A stretch of DNA of 64,000 nucleotides from an uncultured virus (IMG/VR IMGVR_UViG_3300035208_001228) (lineage: Duplodnaviria > Heunggongvirae > Uroviricota > Caudoviricetes): IMG/VR virus record IMGVR_UViG_3300035208_001228; one strand, written 5' to 3'. Each line of letters starts with the position of its first letter. Positions within the stretch are counted from its first letter, which is position 1. Of this stretch, positions 29,015 to 40,206 are shown piece by piece. The position numbers and the translations under genes were made by a program. The notes beneath the pieces were generated by a model, which saw nothing but the letters and a program-made list of their open reading frames with translations, had not been told where the DNA came from and made no database searches.

Positions 29015-29583
29015 TGGTAGATGTCCTTGATCTTGTTGAAAAGGGAGCCGGGGGACTCGCGGAAACTGCTTGACTTGATCCGGCCATTCTTTTCCAAGAT
29101 GTCGGCGACCAGTTCTGAGCAAAAGACGCCGCGTGTAATCCGCTTACCGTAGCCGCGAAGCATGTATGGACGACCGAGTTGCGACTCGGCGTACTTCGTC
29201 ATTGCCGAAACCTCCGTAGTGCCGTAAGATTCTTTCGGTTGAACAATGAAATAGGTGAAGCCATGCCGCGATCGCTTGGTTTTCGTGGCCATCTCTTTGA
29301 CATAGTCTTCGAGCAGGACTTTATGAACGCGCGGGGGTGTAGCCTCGTAAACGTATCCGTCCAGGATGATAGCGGCATGGGTGATGTCGCTGCCGGTGTG
29401 CTTGATGATCGGCTTGACGAGCAGACTGTCCTTCCAAAACAGCACACTGCCATCCTTAATTCCAACAGCAGCCTGGACGGTCTGTGGACGCGGTCGCTGG
29501 GCTATGTACGCAGCGAGGGTTACGAGGCAAACCGTCCAGTAAACTGCGGCCAAGCCGAGGATTACGCTACCAACGAATCGCAT
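29011..29583 (-). CDS. YiiX/YebB-like permuted papain (NlpC/P60) protein
   Basis: THAAI..VYEA, LGRPY, FCSELV; N-terminal TM. Confidence 0.8.
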   Translation of the reverse strand: MRFVGSVILGLAAVYWTVCLVTLAAYIAQRPRPQTVQAAVGIKDGSVLFWKDSLLVKPIIKHTGSDITHAAIILDGYVYEATPPRVHKVLLEDYVKEMATKTKRSRHGFTYFIVQPKESYGTTEVSAMTKYAESQLGRPYMLRGYGKRITRGVFCSELVADILEKNGRIKSSSFRESPGSLFNKIKDIYQ

Positions 29584-29593
29584 AATGTTCCTT

Positions 29594-29740
29594 TCAAAGG
29601 GGATTTAGCCATGCGAACGCACCGAAATACTTCACGGCAGCATCGTTGTAGGCTCGCGCTGCATCGAGTTTGAAATCAAATCGACCCAAGTGATACTTGT
29701 GTTTTTGACACTTGATTTCCGCACACCACTTGCAACGCGG
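29594..29740 (-). pseudogene. Orphan AP2 domain fragment
   Basis: HLGRFD..AARAYN.AAVKYFGAFA. Confidence 0.7.
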
Positions 29741-30062
29741 CGCGTCTGTTGCGCCGCCTAGTCCACACCTTGTAGAACTTCTTGATCGCAGTCCCGGATA
29801 ACATCTTCCCCACACGCCGCCAACCATTCGCGGTACTCCTCAAGGCCCTCCGTTATCTGGTGTTTCTCAGCGGCCGTTAGCAGCCATCGCACCTGCTTCA
29901 ACCACTCGTCCATGATCGGAGAGGAGTAGAAGGGGGCCTTCCTCAATTACCGACGTAGGGAGCCAAGATGGGTCATCCCACTGCTCGGTTGAGAACTCGA
30001 CGATCTGCGGCTGTCGGCAATCGCAATCGTCGTCGCCACACCGCCATACCGTTGCAATGCGA

Positions 30063-31346
30063 TTACGCACGCTTCGCCTCCCAGTAGTGATTGAGAGCCA
30101 GTTGAGTGAGCCGCTCTTGGAACTGAGCGCCTGTCTCGCCGACACCGACTGTGACGACCTCGTCCCACAACCCAGGCCATTCTTTCAGAATTCGCTTGCA
30201 GAGTTTGTACCGACCTGCTTGATCCAAGGGACCGAGTGTTAGCATGTGGTCAATCCGGCCTGGCCGCTCGCCGAGTGCAGGGTCCAGCTTGTCCGGGCAG
30301 TTGGTTGTCACCACAAGCAGTACACCATCGGCACGTTCGACTCCGTCCATGCAATTTAAGAGGCAGTCAAAGGTCAGCGGACCCGACTTGTTGGTCCGGC
30401 CATCAAATACGCCGTCGATGTCTTCTATCAGCGCGATGCAAGGCACACACGTCAACATCTTCTGCCACGCCTCCTGCAACTCGTTGTTGTGGAGGGTTGA
30501 TAGATGGTATGCGTAGACCGGCAGATCGAAGTCCTCGCCGACAGCGCGAATCAGGCTTGTCTTGCCCGTCCCAGGCAATCCAGATAGCCCCCAGCCACGT
30601 CTCCACGGAATCCCCCGTTCCTTGTACCAATTCTCGGATTCCTTCCAGCATCCGATTTCAGTGGCCATTGCAACTGCTTCAGGAGGCAGTGCAAGTTGAT
30701 CGAGGGCGCGCCCGTGATTGGTGCGTGATGTCCCAATGTCAATGGTCTTCCACCGCAGGAGTCGGTTCTGCGCGGCGACCATCACTTCACTGTCTGAACT
30801 GGCGGTACTCGTCAGCGATTCGTGCGATAGGGTGGCGGGCTTGCCGGCTGTGCCGAAGACGTGGCAAACGCGGTAACGGCTCTGCGTGTCTGTGCTGACG
30901 TAGGCGTGGTTGTAGCTGTCAACTGCGTCGGAGACGAGCGTGTCGGAATCAAAGGTGCCACGTAGGAACGTGAGCCGCATCCCGGCGGGAACGTACTCAC
31001 CATTCATGCGGAAGCCGTTCTTGTCCTCGTTTGCCATTCGAGTTACCCAGATCGGCCTCCAGCCCTTCCAATAGAGTTTAGCGCTCTGACCCACAGTCTC
31101 AATGGCAACCAACTGAACTCGTTTGACGGGCCGGACGAATGTGTGCCAGCCGTAATAAGCACGAAAACCGAAGCGAGAGCATTTGAAGTTCTTCCAGCAG
31201 TGCAGCGTCACAGCGTCGGCTGTACGCCCACGAGTGTCACACGTGACGATCACATGGCTAGCCGCCTGCTGCCAAAGGCTACGGATGTAGCCCCAGACCA
31301 TTGTGATGCCTGTAACCAGGCCGCCTGCTAGAAGCCAACTTGTCAT
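30063..31346 (-). CDS. BCS1-like AAA+ ATPase
   Basis: WYKERGIPWRRG, GLPGTGKTS, IEDID, LLNCMDG, RPGRID. Confidence 0.85.
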   Translation of the reverse strand: MTSWLLAGGLVTGITMVWGYIRSLWQQAASHVIVTCDTRGRTADAVTLHCWKNFKCSRFGFRAYYGWHTFVRPVKRVQLVAIETVGQSAKLYWKGWRPIWVTRMANEDKNGFRMNGEYVPAGMRLTFLRGTFDSDTLVSDAVDSYNHAYVSTDTQSRYRVCHVFGTAGKPATLSHESLTSTASSDSEVMVAAQNRLLRWKTIDIGTSRTNHGRALDQLALPPEAVAMATEIGCWKESENWYKERGIPWRRGWGLSGLPGTGKTSLIRAVGEDFDLPVYAYHLSTLHNNELQEAWQKMLTCVPCIALIEDIDGVFDGRTNKSGPLTFDCLLNCMDGVERADGVLLVVTTNCPDKLDPALGERPGRIDHMLTLGPLDQAGRYKLCKRILKEWPGLWDEVVTVGVGETGAQFQERLTQLALNHYWEAKRA

Positions 31347-31562
31347 GTGCGTATCCCTAGGTGAACGACGATGTGACCCATGACAACACCGAATGTGGCG
31401 ACTGCGGCAAGCACAATAAGCATGACGCCGAGACAACCAGGCACCATGCTGGAATCGCCCAGTAGGCCACCGTGGATTTCGAGACCGGCGATGAGTAAGG
31501 CCATCGCCAGGAACACAATGAGGACCACTGCAAATGCAATTTCCATACTTTTCTCCTGTTCA

Positions 31563-32549
31563 TTAGCCCATGTACCGAATACGCGCACATTCGTTGAAGT
31601 AATCCTCGGCACTCGACCCATCCGTTTGCAGCCCCACGGCGGCACCATCCAAGGTAGCACAGCGTGCATCAGAATCCTCCCGGCTGAGGTCAAGGAACAC
31701 ATGGCCGCTCGTGATCGCATCCCAGCATCGGCGGATTCGTTCGGCGAGTTTCAGTTGGTAGTCATTGGCGACTAAGGCTCGAAACGCTGAGACTCGTAAC
31801 TGCGGACGCGACTCTGGGATCGTTTTGGCAGTGATTTGGTGGATCGACAAGACCGTCTCGCCGCCCACGGGTTCGCCCATCGCCCAGGCGTAGAGCGAGA
31901 GTTGGTCGGCCCAGGCCGGGTTGGCGGCTTCGAGGAAGCTGGTATTGACCGTGATGTCACCGTGCAGCCGGCCCAGGAAGGCGTTGTGTTCGGTTCCGTG
32001 GCTCTTGGACTGCTTCCCAATCCAACCGTCTTTGCAGAGCATGTAGCTCTTGTGGGGGCTGGTTGTACCCTTCCCACAGTAACCATTTACTTTCCAGTCG
32101 TGGACGACATGGATCAGGCCAGGCGTGACCCAGCCTGCGTCAGGCTTGCCGGTGAAGGGCACGCCGTTCAAGACCGCCTCCACGGTGAACTCGAAGCGTG
32201 GCGGCGCACTCGATGCACGCAACTGGCTGAGCAGATCGTCGTAGAAGCCGGAGACCTGATAGGCAGCGAAGACGTGTTGCCCCTCGGGCATCGCCCAATC
32301 GCGGTTTTGCGGTTCAACCTGTGCCTCGTACAGGGCGGCCAGTTCGTACTTGGGATCGGAGTCAGGTCCGTACAAAGCAGCGTGCAGATTGGATTTGACG
32401 ATGGCGTCGAAGGCCGAGCCCACCGCAGCCGGATGCTCTTGAGGGACGCGGGGCGACCGGCGCTCGCACAGGTACTTGAGGTAGAACTCATCCGGTCGGC
32501 CTTCCCACGTGGAAAATCCAGAGTAGCTGAGTCGTTCGAGTGTTCTCAT
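31563..32549 (-). CDS. PD-(D/E)XK nuclease superfamily protein
   Basis: LSYS, GSAFD, GKPD, HDWK, QLSLY. Confidence 0.7.
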   Translation of the reverse strand: MRTLERLSYSGFSTWEGRPDEFYLKYLCERRSPRVPQEHPAAVGSAFDAIVKSNLHAALYGPDSDPKYELAALYEAQVEPQNRDWAMPEGQHVFAAYQVSGFYDDLLSQLRASSAPPRFEFTVEAVLNGVPFTGKPDAGWVTPGLIHVVHDWKVNGYCGKGTTSPHKSYMLCKDGWIGKQSKSHGTEHNAFLGRLHGDITVNTSFLEAANPAWADQLSLYAWAMGEPVGGETVLSIHQITAKTIPESRPQLRVSAFRALVANDYQLKLAERIRRCWDAITSGHVFLDLSREDSDARCATLDGAAVGLQTDGSSAEDYFNECARIRYMG

Positions 32550-32570
32550 TGCCGCTTCTTTCTAGTGGTG

Positions 32571-33050
32571 CTAAATTGGATTTTGGTATGCGAACACGCC
32601 GAAGTATTTTCGCGCCGCTTGGTTGTAGGCTTTTGCGGCTGCTTTCTTGTCCTGGTCGTAGCCCAATGAAATCTGGCGTCGGTTGACCACAATGCAGGCA
32701 CGCCAGGCTTTATCGCGTCTGTCCCAGCACACTCCTCTGTACCCCGACTTGTTGGTGCTACGCAATCCTTCGTTAGCCTTGCTCTGGGAAGTCGTCGCCG
32801 CCCTGAGATTTGACCTTCGATTGTCGAGTTTGTTTCGATTACAGTGGTCAACCTGGCCCGTGATAGGCGGACGCTTTTTAGCTGCAACAAGTTTGTGCAT
32901 CAGAATGAGGGCACGGTGCGGCCTCGACGCATCACGCACAGCGTAATTTCCACGCCCTGTGTTACGTCTCCAACGCCACTGCATTAAGTAGGTGTAGTCT
33001 CGGTCGCTGACCAATGCCACTCCACCAGTTGACAGCGGGATGTGTTTCAT
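32571..33050 (-). CDS. HNH-AP2 endonuclease
   Basis: VDHCNRNKLDNRRSNLR, SGYRGV. Confidence 0.88.
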   Translation of the reverse strand: MKHIPLSTGGVALVSDRDYTYLMQWRWRRNTGRGNYAVRDASRPHRALILMHKLVAAKKRPPITGQVDHCNRNKLDNRRSNLRAATTSQSKANEGLRSTNKSGYRGVCWDRRDKAWRACIVVNRRQISLGYDQDKKAAAKAYNQAARKYFGVFAYQNPI

Positions 33051-33240
33051 TGCCCGTCCCAGATTCTTTCATTCACATAGAAGATGTACGTCTTAGCGAC
33101 GAAACAAATGAGTCCGAAGACGATACAGCCGCCGATGTTGCCAAACATGATCCACGCCAGACCGAGGGATGCGAGATTCGAGATTGCTTGGTAACTTATG
33201 TCCTTGGCTATGAGCCGCTGACGAGTGAGGGGTCGTTTCA

Positions 33241-33777
33241 TTAGTTACCTGTGAAGTCGAAGAAGTACCAACGGCCAAGTGTGTCTATGACCTCGTCATG
33301 GGCAATGTGCCGCAGGTATTGATGCACTTCCGCCCAGGTCGAAAAGACGAGTTCGTGCGGTATCTCGCCGAGGAGCCAAAGCGGGGTGTTTTCTTTACCC
33401 GTAACGATGCGCGCGATGACGGGCTTCTTTTGGCGGTTCGCGTTGGCGATCTCTTCCGGCGTGCCCCATGTTGGGACTCTTGGATCAATGTTGACCACCA
33501 AGAAGTCGCTGATGTCCGTCATTCTCAGATCAACGCAACGGATGAGTCGCATGTCACGTCGCACCGAGTCGTAGTCGCCGGCTTGACGGGCCTCGACCAT
33601 CTTTCGCATCGTGTCCGGCGTCTCTCGGGCGGTCTGAATCGGCTTGTTCGTTGGGTCAAGCCAGTTCACTCGGAGGTCGGCCAATTCGCTCTTGATGGAC
33701 TCACGCCAACTGATGTTGTCGGCGTCGTTCTCCATCGCACCGGCGAGGTAGCAGCGCGTGTTGGAAAGTCGATTCAA
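33241..33777 (-). CDS. Nucleoside 2-deoxyribosyltransferase-like protein
   Basis: YLAGAM..WR..LDP..DL..SD..GTPEE. Confidence 0.7.
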   Translation of the reverse strand: MNRLSNTRCYLAGAMENDADNISWRESIKSELADLRVNWLDPTNKPIQTARETPDTMRKMVEARQAGDYDSVRRDMRLIRCVDLRMTDISDFLVVNIDPRVPTWGTPEEIANANRQKKPVIARIVTGKENTPLWLLGEIPHELVFSTWAEVHQYLRHIAHDEVIDTLGRWYFFDFTGN

Positions 33778-34415
33778 GGAAGTATCTCCAAGTATTTGGA
33801 CGAGCCCAGGCGAGTGCAACCCATGTCCAGGTACATGGCCGCCTTCGCGTAGTTGTCAATTCCTCCACTGGCCTTGACGCCACACCGGCCGTTGACAGCC
33901 GTGAGCATGATCTCGACAGCCTTCGTGGATGCTCCACCGTGGGCGAAGCCGGTCGAGGTCTTTACGAAGTCCACGCCGCACTCGACACAGAGTTCGCATA
34001 CCGTGCGCAGCGACTTCACGTCATGGTAACACGCCTCGACAATTGCTTTGACCAGCGCGTGACGACGATGGGCAAGCAACACGATGGGACGCAGTTCGTC
34101 GATCACAACGTGTCGGTCGCCATCGAGGAACCGGCCGTAGTTGATGACAACGTCTAGTTCCTTCGCACCATCTTCCAAGGCGCGGTACGCTTCGCATTCT
34201 TTGGCATTCCCATTCCCGTGTGGAAAGCCGATGACTGTTGAGGTGTTCCCAAACCGACTTGCGGCCAGTGGCACGTTGCACGGGGCGACGCATACAGACT
34301 TGATGTTGTGCGTGTAGGCCACAGCGCACGCGCACTTAATGTCTTCGCGCGTGGCCCTTGGGCTGAGCACGGCTAGATCAAGTGCAGCGGCAATTTGTTC
34401 AGGGGTGTAGTTCAT
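33774..34415 (-). CDS. deoC: Deoxyribose-phosphate aldolase
   Basis: VIGFPHG, GAKELDVV, FVKTSTGF, VKASGGI, RLGSS. Confidence 0.93.
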   Translation of the reverse strand: MNYTPEQIAAALDLAVLSPRATREDIKCACAVAYTHNIKSVCVAPCNVPLAASRFGNTSTVIGFPHGNGNAKECEAYRALEDGAKELDVVINYGRFLDGDRHVVIDELRPIVLLAHRRHALVKAIVEACYHDVKSLRTVCELCVECGVDFVKTSTGFAHGGASTKAVEIMLTAVNGRCGVKASGGIDNYAKAAMYLDMGCTRLGSSKYLEILP

Positions 34416-34967
34416 TTGTTGAGGAACCTGCAAGGCAAGATTTTGTAACAACGCCAACAGTAGCACTGTCGGTACTCGATCTTCGCCCATTCGAGCCATC
34501 GCGTTTCACCGCCAAGCGTGAGAGGGAACAGCAGAAACCGCCACTTGACGTAGGTTGTTCGAGTAGGTTGAAGTCTCATCTTCAGGTCCAAAGGTGTCCA
34601 AAGGTGTCCAAAGGTGTCCACGGATGTCGATCAATTGGTGAAGGCGCATGTTGTCCTCAGCGTAGTCGTCGTCAAAGCAATGCTTACGCTGGTTCCACCA
34701 GGCGTACAGTTCGCGGATCGTGTTCCATTCGGCCTCACGCTCGCGTGCCATCTCCGGGCCGCAGTCCTCGACGTAGAGGGCGTATACGTCCTCGTAGAAG
34801 TTGCCGCGTTCCTTCTGCACGAAGTCTTCGAGAATCTGAAAGGCCGCGTACAAGAGAAGGAAGTCACGGTCGATCCACGTTGGCGGGATGGAACGACAGA
34901 CAACGACGTTGTATTTGTGCCATACGCGGCATCTCAGTTTATACCACCAGTTCATTGTGCCGCCTAC

Positions 34968-35405
34968 TCAGGCCAGCGCGTGTCTCACTGTCAGCTTATG
35001 CTTACGAAGTTGGCCGCAAATCTCGTGATAGAGCAACCCAGTCACCCTGGCGACTAACTCGTCTCTCACTCGGGCCTTCAATCCGAAGTAATGGTCGATG
35101 TACGACGCGAGATATAAGGCCGCGTGAGTCGATTCATGCGCAATGATTTCGTCTGTCAAGTTGTCGGACGAGAAACAGATCAATCCGATGTACTCTGAAC
35201 GCCTTGACCAATGGTACTGAACCGCGTACGCAGCGATTGGCGTGTATTTCGGCGCACGGCCGTGGGGTGTGCGTTGCCGATACCAACGTTGCAGTTGACG
35301 ATGGTTCTTGTGAACGACTACGTCGAATGCGTAGTTTTCAGCGTCGTTACGACCTAAACCTATGGCGAATCGGTGTGTCACTTCACTCCTTTTCGAGTTC
35401 ATCTG
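34968..35405 (-). CDS. HExxH-containing hypothetical protein
   Basis: IIAHESTHAA; start uncertain. Confidence 0.45.
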   Translation of the reverse strand, partial: QMNSKRSEVTHRFAIGLGRNDAENYAFDVVVHKNHRQLQRWYRQRTPHGRAPKYTPIAAYAVQYHWSRRSEYIGLICFSSDNLTDEIIAHESTHAALYLASYIDHYFGLKARVRDELVARVTGLLYHEICGQLRKHKLTVRHALA

Positions 35406-36369
35406 CCACCTCAATGAGTCGTTTTCCAAGGCGTCGAATGGCGTCTGGATCAGCCGGCCACATGTCGAGCGTGCAATCACCAATCTCCATCATCCAGTGC
35501 GGACCAGACGCACTCTTCGCAATGCGTGCCGGGTAATAGCCGCTTCCGACTTGAATGTTGATGTCAGCCATTACCACGGGTATCCTGACCAAGTGAGCAG
35601 GAGGCGTCGCCACCAACGGGCCGAGCGGAGCCAACGCTTGCCGGCGGTGGCGCGTGCGTTCAGCTTGCGATGGCCGGCCACCAACCTCAGTGCCGCTTTA
35701 ACTACCCCGATCACTGGCGGCTGGTGCGTGTAGATCGAGTTGGCGTATGCAAGCACCGACTCTTCGTCGGGAAGCAGCATAGAAAATGGTGACACCTCGC
35801 CTGCCACTGGCAGAGTGTCCAGGCACTCGTCGCAGAGGCAAATTAGGAACCGCGTACAGTCGTGACGCGACCCGTACCAAGCGGTGATGCCGTCTACGAG
35901 ACCACTGTCCCAGTTGCCATGCTCAAGTTCAGGAACGTCGCGTCCGCAAAGAATGCACTTCATGTCTTCTCCAAGTAGCCAAGGCCAACGTTGTCATCTA
36001 GCCAGAACGCGAGGCCACCGTCCTTGCCAGCCCATCCCGCAACCGTCTTAGTCCCTTGCCAGACCCCATTTGCGCGTAGTCGCCGGCTGACCTCCGTTAC
36101 GGCTCGATAAGTCAATTGCGTGAAGCGAGCAATTCGGCGAATGTTGGGACCGACTTCCAACGCGGCCAACATTATCACGGCCACGTCATAGGCTTCGTCT
36201 GTCGTTTCCAACTCAGGATCGAGCCGATGCACAAGGTTCTTGATGCGTTGAAGGGTCATCATTGCGGTTTCTCGCTCGGGCAATGCTTTTGACAAGCCGC
36301 CAGAAACAGGAAGATGCTGTTTGCGTGGCCGAGGTATGTGCCCTTCTTTGTCTTGGGCAGTGCGTTGAA

Positions 36370-36451
36370 CACCGACGACTTCTAGTCGGTCTGCGTTCGG
36401 ATGCGGCTCGACAGCGTCAATTCGTTCGACAGTGATCTTTATGTCGCTCAT
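36370..36451 (-). pseudogene. N-terminal fragment of RNA ligase
   Basis: MSDIKITVERIDAVEPHPNADRLEVV matches the N-terminus of 7249-8334. Confidence 0.65.
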
Positions 36452-37000
36452 TTGTTCCCCAGGTAAGCAATGCCAAGCAGGATCAGCACCACAAGAATCA
36501 CCGGACCATACGCACACAGGAACTTCCCGAGCAGGATAAGGACGAGCCACGTCTCGAAACTCATCAGAAATCCTCCGGGCCGGGTATGTTGGTCGGCTCG
36601 TCCCGTCTGATCCGGGCCGCCATAAGAATGGCCGCTACCAAGCTGTTGGCGTGCCCGGCGTCCCACCAGTCTCTATGCGGCCGGTCCCAGTAGGCGTAGT
36701 CGTCGTCGTCGGACGACTCAAAGAACGCAGCATAGAACCCGCCACGATCCAGGTGCCGGCCGCAGGACAGTTCGCAGCCGTCGTTGAACATCTCCGCGAT
36801 GACTTCCATCACGTCAGGGGCCGGCGGGCAGAGCACCGAAACAACGAAGAGGATGCCGGAACAGACGGCGATGAGGGCGAGCATGGCCAGTGCGAGGATC
36901 ATTATTGAAGCACCTTTCTGGGTACGAACATCAAGCCGGTGGCGAACCCAACGCCGAGCGGAACCATTGACAGTGTTACGAGGATACGAAGGGCATTGAT

Positions 37001-37767
37001 TTACTGTGATTTACAGGCTAAAAATGAAGTTATGAACGTGGCGGCGACTTCTGGGACTATGGCATTTCCAACACTGCGATTGAGTTCCACCATGCTTCTG
37101 GATAGCCCATGAGCCACAGGCTCCACGCTGGGTTTACATTTCCACCAGGACCATAGAGAAGTGCCAGGGCGTCCTCTAGTCTGCTGGGGCGGGATCGGTT
37201 CCCTTTGGCCATAGTTCGCATTACACCCTCCCGTGTCCGCAATGGGTGGCGCATTCCATCTGCGGCCCGTGGCGTCGGCAACCCAGTACAATCGCTGTCT
37301 GATGTGGGGAGCGCCGACGCTGTGTGCGCCCAAAACACACGCCCAACGGCGTAACCTTCTCTTTCCAGGTCTGCCGATATTCCGTCGAGCCAACCCTTGC
37401 CAATAGCGCTTTCAACTTGTTCGCCAAAGACATACTGAGGGTGACACTCGGCGATAAGGCGGTGGAAGTCTGGCCACAGGTGTCGTGGGTCTTTCTCTCC
37501 TTTGCCCTTCCCGGCACGCGAGAACGGCTGGCAGGGACAGGAACCAGTCCAGACGGGTCTATCTGCTGGCCACCCAGCAAGCTGTAAGGCATACTCCCAT
37601 CCTCCGATCCCGGCAAAGAAGTGACAGCGGGTGAATCCAGCAAGGTTATTTGACTTGACATCCTTAATACTCCGACCATCAATCGTTCCGGGGCCTATTG
37701 CCCCAACCTGTTTCAATGCTTCCAGCCACTTGATGCTCTTTGGATCGTTGTCGTTGTAATATCTCAC
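37001..37767 (-). pseudogene. C5-cytosine methyltransferase, dual-coding, frameshift near 37343
   Basis: FFAGIGG, CPCQPFS, GEQV; PHIRQR and GNAIVP in a shifted frame; overlapping frame carries NPAWSLWLMGYP. Confidence 0.8.
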
Positions 37768-37887
37768 CCGCCGACCCTCCGGTTGAGACTTATTTTGAGA
37801 ATCCACGGAGCCAAGTGAACTGACATAAGTACGCATAGTCTTGCTTGCTCACCATCGCAACAGCGCTTTGGTTTGTTACTACGGTTT

Positions 37888-38982
37888 TCACTCAACGCCT
37901 CTCTGGCGAAAGTACCTGGCCTCTTTGGGAATCTTGTCGTCAGACAACTCACGGTAGCGGAACGTGACGGTGTCACCGACCTTGAAATGCTTGCCACGTG
38001 CGTCCGGCGGCATGTCCCTGCCCGGATTGTGGGAAGCCCATTGGCTGTCGGCGAAGGACGAGAACTCCCGCTCCTCATCCGTCAGGCCAGACAATTCCAG
38101 ACGCTTGCCGTCGTAGTCGAGGATCAAGGCACCGATCTTGCCCAGGTGCTTGCTGCCCTTGTCGGTCTCGCGGCCCGACGTAAAGCCGGTGATGGTGCCC
38201 TCGGCGTCGGAGAAAGGCTTCCACTTGAGGATGCCCTTGTGGCGCTTGGGTTCCCACTCGGCCGCCGGATCACGGAGCACGATGCCTTCGCCGCTCTGTT
38301 CCAAGACGTAGCCAAGGAACTCGGCGACTCGCACATGAGCCGAGCCCTCGTCCAGGGGCAACTTCTCCTGCTTGAGCAGGTAGCATTGCTGCGCCTGGGC
38401 CTCGAACACGCGGCCGAGAAACTCCAGTTCCCCCTGAAACGATTGTGCCACGCAGAACTGGAAGTCACCTTCAAAGTCTTCCAGTTGTGACCGGACGAAC
38501 GCCATACATTCGTCGTAGTTGATCTCCCGCAGTATGTTGGCGTTCTTGATGAGGCCCGATTGGAAGACGTTCTCGGCCGGTGGTGCCGAATAAATCGCGT
38601 ACCTGATCCGGTCAAAACGTGGATCGGGCGTGTCGCCGCCGCAGATCGACCGGGTCAACTGGAACTTGCCACGGCCGGCGGTCAGTTCACCGTCGAGGAA
38701 GCAAGCCGGCAACGTGTTCAGGAACCAATCGGGCGCCATGATCGGGTTTCCGTACCTCGACCACAGGCCGGAGGCGATCGGTTTGATCTTGTCCTTGCGC
38801 ACGCCCGTCTTTGGAGCGACCAGCGACGCCCAGGGCACGTCTTCTGTCCGCACACCCCGACTAATGCCGCCATCCCAGAAGCAACGGGTGCCGTCCAGTT
38901 TCTCGGAAAGGTAATGACCACCGATGCGGTGCTTGGCCACGTTCAACGGGGTCGCTAGTTGCAGGAGTTCACGCCTTGACAT
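37888..38982 (-). CDS. lig: ATP-dependent DNA ligase
   Basis: SEKLDG, LDGEL, EGIVLR, LKWK, OB domain. Confidence 0.92.
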   Translation of the reverse strand: MSRRELLQLATPLNVAKHRIGGHYLSEKLDGTRCFWDGGISRGVRTEDVPWASLVAPKTGVRKDKIKPIASGLWSRYGNPIMAPDWFLNTLPACFLDGELTAGRGKFQLTRSICGGDTPDPRFDRIRYAIYSAPPAENVFQSGLIKNANILREINYDECMAFVRSQLEDFEGDFQFCVAQSFQGELEFLGRVFEAQAQQCYLLKQEKLPLDEGSAHVRVAEFLGYVLEQSGEGIVLRDPAAEWEPKRHKGILKWKPFSDAEGTITGFTSGRETDKGSKHLGKIGALILDYDGKRLELSGLTDEEREFSSFADSQWASHNPGRDMPPDARGKHFKVGDTVTFRYRELSDDKIPKEARYFRQRGVE

Positions 38983-39144
38983 GGAAAGCCTCTCGGAGAA
39001 GTTGCTCCACTGCGGAGGGTTGCTCCACTGCGGAGGGTTGCCGACGTTCAACAAGGAACGGCCTGGAATAGGCAACCAAGCCGATGTTGGCTGCGGCTCG
39101 CTCTACCCACTCAGCCGGAATGATCTCGATGTAGTGCATACAAG

Positions 39145-39174
39145 TAGGACAACTAACTAGCCCTTCCGCAGGCA
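39145..39174 (-). promoter_or_regulatory. Putative phage-sigma promoter, copy 2
   Basis: TGCCTGCG-N12-AGTTGTCCTA. Confidence 0.65.
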
Positions 39175-39210
39175 TGAATTCTCAGGATTTCCGAAAGATA
39201 TTCCTGCGGG

Positions 39211-39560
39211 TCATCGGACACCTTGTTCCAGGGGGCGCGGACACGGGACGGCAACCCCGCCATGACTGCTAAAAGCCTCAAGATTGACAGGATCATCATC
39301 AATCAGGAGAACGTTTGGACGGGCCAAAAGATATTTGCGTGGAGTGACGACCAACCAGCCGCTGGCACTCTTCCAGGAGCCAGGGGAGAATGGCGACTGC
39401 GGAACATTAGCCCACACGTCTCGGTCAAGCGTGTCCCATTGCATTTGCAACAGCCACCATGTCTCGTTCGCCGCTTGGGTATTCGCTATAGTCCGTCTGA
39501 CTGACCCTGTACCCAAGCCAGTTGAGAACGTACATCGTGAACGTGTTGCATACGTCATCC
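39211..39560 (-). pseudogene. Decayed 5'-nucleotidase paralog
   Basis: KYLLARPNVLLIDD..GGVAVPCPRP; DxD motif lost. Confidence 0.6.
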
Positions 39561-39564
39561 AAGT

Positions 39565-40206
39565 CTAGGAAGATTCTTTCAAGCATTGGTACACCTTGTC
39601 TCGGACGGCGTGTACGTGGTTGATAACAGTTCGACGCGGAACCCGTGTGAGACTGGCAATCTCGGAATACGTGTGACCGGCTTCGCGCAACGCCGTAAAC
39701 TCACGGTCGTGATCGGTCTCGCAACACGTGTCGATTACGTCGCGGAGATCAGAACAGTCAACAGCGGGATCAGCGACTGCAACTGCGGCGTCATCTATCG
39801 AGACGGTCACAGGAATGTTTTGCTGCGTCGCGTGCTTGTGCGATCGGATCACCGGAGCAGCAAGAACAGTAGCCTTAATGCTGTTGCGTACTGTCCGTGA
39901 CACGTAGTTTGTGGGATTGATTGCCTTGCCGATGGGCAGCGTCTTCAACTGCTCGACGGCGGTCACAAGCGCCAGGAAGCTGTCACCGATGAGGTCGTCT
40001 CGAAGATAAGTGTACTGCGGAGTGGCTCGCAGGAACGCGCTGACAAGCGATACAGCAAGCGGTAGGTTACGTAGTGCCAGTTCCTCTTGCGCCGTCACGT
40101 CGCCTAACAGCATCTGGCGTTGCAACTCGACGTTGATCTCTGGTGTTGATGGCTGTGTGCGTATGCAGGCGACGAGTTCAGTGTCGTACTTCAAGTGATG
40201 CTCCAT
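39565..40206 (-). CDS. sigma70-family sigma factor
   Basis: AQEELALRNLPL..DDLIG..LALVTAV; GHTYSEIA..PRRTV. Confidence 0.8.
   Translation of the reverse strand: MEHHLKYDTELVACIRTQPSTPEINVELQRQMLLGDVTAQEELALRNLPLAVSLVSAFLRATPQYTYLRDDLIGDSFLALVTAVEQLKTLPIGKAINPTNYVSRTVRNSIKATVLAAPVIRSHKHATQQNIPVTVSIDDAAVAVADPAVDCSDLRDVIDTCCETDHDREFTALREAGHTYSEIASLTRVPRRTVINHVHAVRDKVYQCLKESS

Noticed and set aside
31563..32549. Cas4 adaptation gene
   Set aside because: No four-Cys Fe-S pattern recognised; far from the array; generic phage nuclease
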